Source of the DNA: Dehalococcoidia bacterium
GTDB lineage: Bacteria > Chloroflexota > Dehalococcoidia > UBA2979
Direction: 5' to 3'
DNA length: 64,000 nt
Assembly: GCA_965219085.1 (NCBI GenBank)
Contig: OZ244720.1
Location: 3,241,962 to 3,305,961, forward strand
In this document: one piece after another, positions 30,269-38,047 of the stretch
Position numbering within the stretch: the stretch's first letter is position 1
Layout of the letters: every line of letters begins with the position of its first letter
Made by a program: the position numbers and the translations under genes
The notes under the pieces: generated by a model
What the model saw: only the letters and a program-made list of their open reading frames with translations
What the model was told of the DNA's origin: nothing
Databases searched by the model: none

Positions 30269-31777
30269 ATGACCGAAGCCCCCCTGGGCGAACACCCCCT
30301 CGAACCGATCTTTCACCCGCGCTCGATCGCGATCGTCGGGGTCTCGCGCGATGGCCCCGGGCGGCGCCGGAGCGGCTTCCTGGCATCGCTCATGGAGCAC
30401 GGCTACCACGAGTCGCGGCCGCTCTACCCCGTCAACCCCAACGCCGACACCATCGCCGGGCTGCGCGCCTACCCCTCCATCCGCGACATCGAGGGACCGG
30501 TCGACCACGTGATCTCGTCCGTGCCGGCGTCGGTCGCCCCCTCGCTCGTCGACGACGCGATCGCCAAGGGCGTGCGCTCGATTCACTTCTACACCGCCGG
30601 CTTCGCCGAGATCGGCGACCCCGAGCTGGCGCGCCAGCAGCACGAAATCATCGGCCGCGCCACGGCCGCGGGCATCCGCGTGCTCGGCCCCAACTGCATG
30701 GGGCTCTACGTGCCGTCCGAGCAGATCTCGTTCCAGGGCGAGTTCCCGACCGAGCCGGGCAACGTGATGGTGATCTCGCAGTCCGGCGGCAACTCGATGG
30801 ACATCGTCCACGGCCTCGCCAAGCGCGGCGTGCGCTTCTCGCGCGCCGTCTCCTTCGGCAACGGCGAGGACATCGACGCCGCCGACCTCTTCGACTACGC
30901 CGCCGCCGACCCCGGCAGCGAGTACGTCGTCGCCTACCTCGAGAGCTCGGCGCGCGGCCGCCAGATGTTCGAGGCGCTCCAGCGCTGCGCGCGCGTCAAG
31001 CCGACGATCGTGCTCAAGGGCGGCATGACCGGCGCGGGCGGCCGCGCCGCCAGCTCGCACACCGGCGCGCTGGCCGGCTCGCGCGAGGTCTTCGAGGCGA
31101 TGTGCCGCCAGACCGGCGCCATGCTCGCCGAGACGATGGAGGAGCTGCACGACCTGCTCATCGGCGTCACCACCAACACGCGCCTCGTGCGCGGCGAGCG
31201 CGCGCTGCTGCTCGGCGGCGGGGGCGGCTTCTCGGTGCTTGCCGCCGACGTGATCGCCCGCTCCGGCCTCGACCTGCCGCTGCTCGACGACGAGACGACC
31301 GCACGGCTGCGCGAGCTGATGCCGGTGGCCGGCAACTCGATCCGCAACCCGATCGACGCCAGCCACTTCCAGACCGGTGACGACCGCGGCGAGGCCTACC
31401 GCACCCTGCTCGACATCGGCGCGCATGTGCGCGACCTCGACGTGCTGCTCGTGATGGCGGGAGGCCCGCCCGACTTCTCTCCGCGCTCTCTCGCCGAGCA
31501 GCGCGACCCGGACTACGCGCGCGAGCGCGACGAGCGCCGCCGCCGCTCGGACCGCCGCGCGATCGAGCAGCTGATCGAGCTGCAGGAGTCGAGCCACCAC
31601 CCCGTGGTCGCGCTGCGCCGCGACCGGATGGGCCAGCCCGAGCTCGACGACGACGTGCTGACCGAGGCCTACGCGCACGGCCTCGGCGTCTTCCACACCG
31701 TCCAGCGCGCCGCGCGCACGGTCGCGCGGCTGCTGGAGTGGCGGCGCCAGCGCGAGGGCCTGCCCGAGCTGTTCTAG
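30269..31777 (+). CDS. Acyl-CoA synthetase (NDP-forming) alpha-type CoA-binding protein
   Basis: PRSIAIVG, YPVNP, GPNCMG, SQSGG, SFGN, ASSHTGALAG (phospho-His), NPID. Confidence 0.9.
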   Translation: MTEAPLGEHPLEPIFHPRSIAIVGVSRDGPGRRRSGFLASLMEHGYHESRPLYPVNPNADTIAGLRAYPSIRDIEGPVDHVISSVPASVAPSLVDDAIAKGVRSIHFYTAGFAEIGDPELARQQHEIIGRATAAGIRVLGPNCMGLYVPSEQISFQGEFPTEPGNVMVISQSGGNSMDIVHGLAKRGVRFSRAVSFGNGEDIDAADLFDYAAADPGSEYVVAYLESSARGRQMFEALQRCARVKPTIVLKGGMTGAGGRAASSHTGALAGSREVFEAMCRQTGAMLAETMEELHDLLIGVTTNTRLVRGERALLLGGGGGFSVLAADVIARSGLDLPLLDDETTARLRELMPVAGNSIRNPIDASHFQTGDDRGEAYRTLLDIGAHVRDLDVLLVMAGGPPDFSPRSLAEQRDPDYARERDERRRRSDRRAIEQLIELQESSHHPVVALRRDRMGQPELDDDVLTEAYAHGLGVFHTVQRAARTVARLLEWRRQREGLPELF

Positions 31778-31799
31778 CGCCGGCCGACGGCCTCGGCCA

Positions 31800-32459
31800 T
31801 CAGTTGCAGAACGGCAGCCGGAGCTCCTCGAAGTCGTTCGAGGGCGCAGCACGCAACGCGGGCGGGATGCACCCGGCGAGGTCGTTGCCCGCGAGACTGA
31901 TGACCCCGAGCGACCAGAGGTTGCCGAGTTCGGGCGGGATCGGCCCGTACAGCTCGTTGCCGTCGAGATGCAGGCGCCGCAGAGATCGGAGGTTCCCGAG
32001 TTCCGCCGGGATCCACCCGGTCAACTCGTTTGACCCGAGATACAGGCGCTGCAGCGCGGTGAGGTCGCCCAGTTCCGGTGGGAGCGGCCCGCGCAAGCGG
32101 TTGCCGGCGAGCCGCAGGCTCGTGACCCGTCCCGCGCTGTTCGTGGAGACCCCGTACCACTCCCCGACGGGCCGGTCGCTCAGCCAGTGCGTCGCGTCCA
32201 ACCAGGACTCGCCCCTGGTCGCCTCGTAGAGCGCCACCAGCGCGGCCCGGTCCGGCGAGGGGCCGCGAACGGTCGTCGATGGCCGCGCCGTGCCATTGGC
32301 ATACCCGCGGGCGGCCGGGGCTGCGGTCTCCGTCGGGGCCGGTTCAACGACGAACGCCTCGCCGTCTCCTCCACGCGCGTCCCAGGCCGCGATCACGATG
32401 ATGACCACGGCGCCGAGCGCCGCGAGGACCGTTGCCGCACCCACTGCACGCGTTGACAT
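31800..32459 (-). CDS. Membrane-anchored leucine-rich repeat protein (plant-type LRR)
   Basis: TM, DRAALVALYEAT...W.GV cap, repeats L.G.IP.ELGNL..L..L.L..N. Confidence 0.88.
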   Translation of the reverse strand: MSTRAVGAATVLAALGAVVIIVIAAWDARGGDGEAFVVEPAPTETAAPAARGYANGTARPSTTVRGPSPDRAALVALYEATRGESWLDATHWLSDRPVGEWYGVSTNSAGRVTSLRLAGNRLRGPLPPELGDLTALQRLYLGSNELTGWIPAELGNLRSLRRLHLDGNELYGPIPPELGNLWSLGVISLAGNDLAGCIPPALRAAPSNDFEELRLPFCN

Positions 32460-33132
32460 CGTCGCGCCACCCTAGCAGGGTGCTGAAAAAGGCGCGGCCA
32501 TCTGGCAGGATAGCGAAGGCGGCGGGGGCGTAGCCTGGGAGGCAGCCCCGTGCGAGGCGACGCTGAGCGTCAGACCAACATGTTGCTGGCGGTGACGCCG
32601 GACTCCTTCATCCCGGACGACCACCCGATCCGACGCATCAAGCCGATCGTCGATGCAGCGCTGCAGCGGCTCTCGCCGCTCTTCGGCACGATGTACGCAA
32701 CGAGCGGGCGGCCCTCGATCCCGCCCGAGCACCTGCTCAAGGCGAGCCTGCTGATCGCGCTCTACTCGATCCGCAGCGAGCGCCAGTTCAGCGAGCGGCT
32801 GCGCTACGACCTGCTCTTCAAGTGGTTCTTGGACCTCAACATCTCAGACGCGCCGTTCGACGCCTCGACCTTCTCCAAGAACCGCGAGCGCCTGCTCGCA
32901 GCCGATGTCGCGCGCGCCTTCTTCGCCGAGGTGGTGGCCGAGGCAAAGCGCCGCCGGCTGCTCTCGGCCGAGCACTTCACGGTGGACGGGACGCTGCTCG
33001 AGGCGTGGGCGTCGCTCAAGAGATGGCATGAGGGCCGGTCTCTTCCTCAAGGGGGATACTCGCCCCCGAAACAGCGGCCTCGATGGGCCAGAACGGCTCT
33101 TTGCGGAGCTTTGACGAGGTAGGAGACCGGCC

Positions 33133-34221
33133 GTGCAGCAGGATACCGCAACGACGTGGAGCATTGAGGGCAAGGAAGGGTCAGGGGTCACCATCGGCCT
33201 CGACGTGGGCGACCGCTACACCCACGTCCACGCCCTCGGCGCCGGCGGGGAGGTGGTACGTGAGAGGCGCGTCCGCACCACGACGGCAGCGCTGGGCATG
33301 GTGCTGACCGGCCTCCCCCCATCGCGGGTCGTGATCGAGGCGGGGCCGCGCTCGCCGTGGCTGAGCCGCCTCATGGCGGACCTCGGCCACGAGGTGGTCG
33401 TCGCCAACCCGCGCCAGGTCGCGCTGATCGCCGGCAGCCAGCGCAAGACCGACCGGCTCGACGCCGAGTGGCTGGCGCGGCTGGGGCGCTTCGACCCCCA
33501 GTTGCTCGCCCCGATCCGCCACCGCAGCGAGGCGAGCCAGCACGACCTCGCCGTGGTGCGCGCCCGCGACGCGCTGGTGCGCTCGCGGACGCTGCTCATC
33601 AACCACGTGCGCGGGGCCGTCAAGGCCTGCGGAGCCGCGTTGCCGTCGTGCACGGCCGAGGCGTTCCACCGCAAGACGGCGGACCACATCCCCGACGGGC
33701 TGCGCCCGGCGCTGCTGCCGCTGGTGGAGGCGATCGGCGAGCTGACCGCGCGCATCGCGGCGGCCGGCCGCGAGATCGAGGCGTTGTGCGAGGCTCACTC
33801 CGAGACCGCGGCGCTGCGCCAGGTCACGGGCGTCGGGCCGATCACCGCGCTCACGTTCGTGCTGACGATCGAGGATCCTGGGCGCTTCCCGAAGAACCGC
33901 GAGGTCGGCGCCTACCTCGGGCTCGTGCCGAGGCAGCGCGACTCGGGCGAGCGCACGCCGCAACTCGGCATCGGCAAGAGCGGCGATCCGCACCTGCGGC
34001 GGCTGCTGGTGCAGGCCGTGCACTACATCCTCGGCCCCTTCGGGCCCGACACCGACCTGCGCCGCTGGGGTGAGCGCTACACCGCTACGGGGGCCGGTAA
34101 CGCGAAGAAGCGCGCCGTCGTGGGCGTCGCGAGGCGGCTGGCGGTGCTGCTGCTCGCGCTGTGGAAGACCGGCGAGGTCTACGAGCCGTTGCGCGACGCC
34201 GCGGCGCAGGAGGCCGCGTAG
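33133..34221 (+). CDS. IS110/IS1111 DEDD recombinase (transposase)
   Basis: IGLDVG, VIEAG, KTDRLDA (DEDD), GVGPITA, YLGLVPRQRDSG (catalytic Ser), AVVGVARRLA. Confidence 0.95.
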   Translation: MQQDTATTWSIEGKEGSGVTIGLDVGDRYTHVHALGAGGEVVRERRVRTTTAALGMVLTGLPPSRVVIEAGPRSPWLSRLMADLGHEVVVANPRQVALIAGSQRKTDRLDAEWLARLGRFDPQLLAPIRHRSEASQHDLAVVRARDALVRSRTLLINHVRGAVKACGAALPSCTAEAFHRKTADHIPDGLRPALLPLVEAIGELTARIAAAGREIEALCEAHSETAALRQVTGVGPITALTFVLTIEDPGRFPKNREVGAYLGLVPRQRDSGERTPQLGIGKSGDPHLRRLLVQAVHYILGPFGPDTDLRRWGERYTATGAGNAKKRAVVGVARRLAVLLLALWKTGEVYEPLRDAAAQEAA

Positions 34222-34557
34222 CAAGGCGCGGCGCCGAAGCAACCGACCAGGAGAGCGAGACTGAGACGGACCTGGGAGGAGGCCCAGCAAACCAACCACT
34301 GCACGTGATGCCGGGCAACGGGCGACTGCGAGGCGGTAGCGGTCCAACAAGGACGTTCAAGAGTTGGCAGCGCCCCCTGGAAGCAGGATGTGCCTTCATG
34401 CACCGGGCCCGATACGTGGCCCATCAAAGAGTGCGGATAGAAGCTCGGCACAGGCTCCGTCAGGGGACATCACGAGCGGATCGGCCCCGATGTCGAGGAG
34501 CGCCACGCCCCGAGGAGGAGGCCGCCACGTCGGCCTTGCAGAAAGACCGTCCCTCAT
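34222..34557 (+). ncRNA. Putative seek/bridge RNA of the IS1111-like element (ends approximate)
   Basis: Guide segments GGCGGTAGC and GTTCAAGAG match the two target flanks; ATAGAAG matches the donor junction; all sit in stem-flanked loops. Confidence 0.75.
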
Positions 34558-34714
34558 AGAAGCTACCGCCCGCGCGACGAGCAGGAGCCACCCCTGGGCG
34601 GACGCAACCCGGATGTCGACTTCCGCGGGCGGCGGCGCAGCCGCGATACGCATAGTTCCGGCACGGACCCGGAGGCGCGGCTGTACACGAAGACACCCCC
34701 AGGACGCTAAGGGG

Positions 34715-35938
34715 TCAAGCAGCGAGGTCCTCGTGGGTGTAACGGTGTCCCCAGGCGGTCGTCTCGTCGTAGGGCAAGCGGCGCTTCAGGCAGCCATGTA
34801 GGTAGCCGACGAGACGGTTGCCGAGGGCGCGGAGCGCCTGGTGGTGGAGGTCGCCCGCGGCGCGCCGCCGATCGTAGAACTCGCGGCAGCCGGGGCTGGC
34901 CTGCAGGGAGCACAGCGCCCACTGGTCGACTGCGTCGTAGAGGCGCCGGTTGCGGACGAAGCGGGCTTTCACGGTGTGCTTGCGGCCGGATGCTACCGTC
35001 AGCGGCGACGTGCCGGCGTAGTTCCTGCGGGACTTCGCCGACTCGTAGCGTTCGGGGTCATCCCCGAACTCGCCAAGCACCCGGGCGCCGAGGACCACGC
35101 CGAGACCGGGCAGGGAACGGTAGATACCGGCGTCCGGGTGCTGCTCAAAATGGCTCGCGAGCTCGGCCTCGAGCTCCTTGATCTGACGGTTGATCTCGCC
35201 GATCACCCTCATTGCCGCACTGGTGCTCGCGGCGAATGCCTTGCTCACCGCGGGCGGAGCCTCGAGCTGCGGTGAGCGCAGCGCGTCGCGGACCTCGGCG
35301 GCGCGCCGCTCGATGTTGCGCCGGCGGCCGCCGCGGCGCAGCGCGGAGCGGATCTGGGTGATGCTCAGCCGCGCCGCCTCGCGCGGGCCAGGCGCTGTCG
35401 CCAGCACGCCCACCGCGTCGTCGTGCGCGAGGTCGGGGAAGGCCTCCAGCGCACCCGGAAAGTACTCCCTGAGCGCGTTGCGCAGCCGGTTGGTCTGGCG
35501 GACGCGGTCCCAGATCAACTGCTGGTGGGCGCGGGCGAGGATGCGCACCGCGGCGGCTTCGTCGCTGTCGCCGGCGACCTCCCGGTGGTTGTGCCGGTCG
35601 GTGCGGACGAGGTCGGCGAGCAGCTTCGCGTCGCCGGCGTCGGACTTGGCGCCGCCGACGTGGTGGCGGTCGCGGTAACGCGACGCCGAGCGCGGGTTGA
35701 TGGCGTAGACGTGGTAGCCGGCCGCGAGCAGTGCCGCGACCCAGGGGCCGCGGTCCGTCTCGATGCCGACGATCACCTCACCCGGCCCTGAGGCGTACCC
35801 GGCGACCAGTCCGTGCAGGGCAGTGATGCCCTCCACCCCTTCGGGCAGACGCCGGGCGGCGAGCCGCTCGCCCGCGTCGTTCATGAGATGGACGTCGTGG
35901 TGGTCTTCGGACCAGTCATCGCCCAGGTACAAGGCCAT
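34715..35938 (-). CDS. IS110 DEDD recombinase (transposase)
   Basis: LGDDWS, GIETD, KSDAGDA, SLPGLG, YAGTSPLTVASG, ALRALGNRLV. Confidence 0.95.
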   Translation of the reverse strand: MALYLGDDWSEDHHDVHLMNDAGERLAARRLPEGVEGITALHGLVAGYASGPGEVIVGIETDRGPWVAALLAAGYHVYAINPRSASRYRDRHHVGGAKSDAGDAKLLADLVRTDRHNHREVAGDSDEAAAVRILARAHQQLIWDRVRQTNRLRNALREYFPGALEAFPDLAHDDAVGVLATAPGPREAARLSITQIRSALRRGGRRRNIERRAAEVRDALRSPQLEAPPAVSKAFAASTSAAMRVIGEINRQIKELEAELASHFEQHPDAGIYRSLPGLGVVLGARVLGEFGDDPERYESAKSRRNYAGTSPLTVASGRKHTVKARFVRNRRLYDAVDQWALCSLQASPGCREFYDRRRAAGDLHHQALRALGNRLVGYLHGCLKRRLPYDETTAWGHRYTHEDLAA

Positions 35939-35985
35939 CGTGTTTCAGTTCCTCTCCCGCTTCGCGCTGCTCGGTGCGACCCGGC

Positions 35986-36188
35986 GGGTTGGTTCCTGCG
36001 ACGGCCTAATGGATCAGTGCTCGATGGCACGACACCCCATGAGTGCTGCAGAACAACCCGGAATACCAGCAGGGGCTCGGTCTTCGTGAAGCGGTCCAGA
36101 AGCCGCAGGGATCAGCTGAGAGCTCACCGGCTGGCAGGGTCCAGAACCAGTCTGCCAGAGAACCTCTGGCCGCTGGTCGGGCCCCATT
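35986..36188 (-). ncRNA. Putative bridge RNA with target- and donor-binding loops (ends approximate)
   Basis: Four guide segments (36107-36115, 36082-36088, 36031-36038, 36006-36012) match the target and circle junctions in the IS621 order. Confidence 0.82.
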
Positions 36189-36811
36189 AGGGGTCGGGGC
36201 AGACGGCGAAGCTCAGCTACATGGGCCATCTGCTCACCGAGAACCGTCACGGTCTGGTGCTGGACGTGGAGTTGACCGAGGCGAACGGGTACGCCGAGCG
36301 CGAGGCGGCGGTCACGATGCTGGAGCGCAGCGTGAGCGGCTGCGGGACGCTGGGCGCCGACCGCGGCTACGACACGCGCGGCTTCGTGGCGGCGCTGCGC
36401 GCTCGCGGCGTGACGCCGCACGTGGCGCAGCACGACCGCGGCCGCCGCAGCGCCGTGGATGGGCGCACCACGCGGCATCGCGGCTACAGGCAGAGTCAGA
36501 AGCGGCGCAAGATCGTGGAGCAGGTCTTCGGCTGGATGAAGACCGTGGGCGGCGGGCGCAAGCTGCGCTTCGTGGGCCGCGAGCGCAACCGCTGTTGGCT
36601 GGAGCTCACCGCCGCCGCCTACAACCTCGTGCGCATGGCCACGCTCGAGACCGCCGCGGCGTAGGCGCAGTGCGCCCTCCGCCCCGCCAGGGAGCCCTCA
36701 GAGGCCCCCGGGGGCAGGTCAGGAGGCCACGATCACGAACCCGGAGGCGGCTTGAAGCCGCCTCTCGCCACTCCGAGACCCCGGAAGGCGCTTCTTCAGC
36801 ACCCTGCTAGC

Positions 36812-37859
36812 TGTAGTGTCCCGGGACGTTGTTTACAGGCGTGAGGCGGGGACAGCCCCGCCGATACCGCCGTGCGGTCGGCGAGCATTGTAGCGATAGA
36901 GCCAGCGCGGGAGCACGTGGAGGCGTTCGGCGTTGGAGCGGTATGGCCGGGCGTACGCCCATTCGTTCTGCAGGATCTGGATGAAGCGCTCGGCCTTGCC
37001 GTTCGTCTGCGGCCGGTAGGGTCGGGTGTGCAGCAGCTCCACGCCCGCGGCGGCGGCCGTGCTGCGGAAGCTGCGCGCGACGGTGTAGGCCTTGGCGTTG
37101 TCGGTCAGCACGCGCCTGACGCGCACGCCGCGCCGGCTGAACGCCGCGAGCGCCTGCTCGAGGAAGGCACTACAGCTCGCGGCCCGCTCGTCGGGCAGGG
37201 CGGCGACGTACGCGTAGCGGCTGTGGTCGTCCACGGCGACGTGTAGGTACTCAAGGCCCAGCGACCGTCCCCGCTGCGGCCCGGAGCGCGTCTCGGCGAA
37301 GCCGGGTGCGATGCGCTTACCGCCACCCTCGGGGATGCGCCCCAGCTTCTTCACGTCGATGTGCAGCAGGTCGCCGGGGGCTGGGTGCTCGTAGCGGACC
37401 GTCTCGCGGGTGACACGATGCAACCGGTCGAGGCGGTTGAGGCCAAAGCGCCTGAGCACGGCGTAGACCGTGGAACGGGCGAGCCCGAGCGCCCAGGCGA
37501 TGCGATGCGGCCCGAAGCCCGCACTGCGGCGCACGGCGCAGATGCGTTGCTCCAGCTCGGGTGCGGTGCGCCGGGGGTTCGAGCGCGGCGCCGAGGTGCG
37601 GTCCTCGAGCCCGTCCGCTCCTGCCTCGCGGAAGCGCCGCACCCACTTCGCGACCGTTGGGCGCGAGACCGGGAAGCGACGGGCGACCTCGGCCTGCGGC
37701 CAGCCGTCCTCCACCTCCCGGACCAACTCCAACCGGGTGACCGGCGTCAGACGCGCGTTACGATGTGCCACGAGAGGCTCCTCCCCTGCTACTGGTGCTT
37801 GCAACACACACAGCAGCAGGCGGAGCCCCTCACCTGCAACAACCTACGTGGGAACTACA
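36812..37859 (-). mobile_element. IS481-family insertion sequence
   Basis: TGTAGT...ACTACA ends with imperfect IRs; 6-bp duplication GCTAGC at 36806-36811 and 37860-37865. Confidence 0.9.
36833..37771 (-). CDS. IS481 transposase
   Basis: HRNARLTP, LHIDVKK, VDDHSR, LTDNA, PQTNGKAERF; GTG start after GGAGGAG. Confidence 0.95.
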   Translation of the reverse strand: MAHRNARLTPVTRLELVREVEDGWPQAEVARRFPVSRPTVAKWVRRFREAGADGLEDRTSAPRSNPRRTAPELEQRICAVRRSAGFGPHRIAWALGLARSTVYAVLRRFGLNRLDRLHRVTRETVRYEHPAPGDLLHIDVKKLGRIPEGGGKRIAPGFAETRSGPQRGRSLGLEYLHVAVDDHSRYAYVAALPDERAASCSAFLEQALAAFSRRGVRVRRVLTDNAKAYTVARSFRSTAAAAGVELLHTRPYRPQTNGKAERFIQILQNEWAYARPYRSNAERLHVLPRWLYRYNARRPHGGIGGAVPASRL

Positions 37860-37899
37860 GCTAGCGGCGTCCGAGGCTGAGCCGCGCTCGCGGGGCTGC

Positions 37900-38047
37900 G
37901 CAGCCGCAGCGGCGTGGGCCAGCCGTACGGGCACGCTTGCGCGAACTCCCGCGCCTGCCTTGTCGCTGCAATCATCGACGACCGCACGGCGGCGTCGGCA
38001 GGGTCGTCCCCGCCTCCCGCCTGTACACAACCTCCGTGGGAACTACA
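37900..38047 (+). pseudogene. Degenerate IS481 3'-end relic in the opposite orientation
   Basis: Encodes LPRLPCRCNHRRPHGGVGRVVPASRL versus LPRWLYRYNARRPHGGIGGAVPASRL in the intact copy; ends ACAACCTCCGTGGGAACTACA. Left boundary approximate. Confidence 0.7.

Larger units (their letters stand above)
33021..34560 (+). mobile_element. IS110 family, IS1111 subgroup element
   Basis: Sub-terminal IRs ATGAGGGCCGGTCT (33028-33041) and AGACCGTCCCTCAT (34544-34557), 7 and 3 nt from the ends; AG core at 33021-33022 and 34561-34562; long 3' non-coding region. Confidence 0.9.
34693..36190 (-). mobile_element. IS110 family (IS110/IS621-type) element
   Basis: CT core on the minus strand (AG at 34691-34692 and 36189-36190); no terminal IRs; about 250-nt 5' non-coding end; removal restores the IS5 frame. 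Confidence 0.9.
32550..36664 (+). pseudogene. IS5-family transposase split in three (32550-33022, 34563-34692, 36191-36664)
   Basis: Joined segments are 1077 nt in frame and read ...HFTVDGTLLEAWASLK-SYRPRD...TDPEARLYTK-GSGQTAKLSYMGH...GADRGYD...VEQVFGWMK. Confidence 0.92.
32476..36806 (+). mobile_element. IS5-family (DUF772-type) insertion sequence carrying two nested IS110 elements; 1293 bp once they are removed
   Basis: Terminal IRs CAGGGTGCTGAA(A/G)AAG; CTAG duplication at 32472-32475 and 36807-36810. Confidence 0.92.

Noticed and set aside
32550-33122. 190-aa stand-alone transposase ending RWHEGRS...
   Set aside because: The tail after WASLK is read-through into the IS1111 left end; the real frame resumes at 34563.
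36071-36080. AGGGGCTCGG as an alternative left target guide
   Set aside because: It needs a bulge, lies on the wrong side of the right guide, and pairs in the closing stem with 36120-36134.
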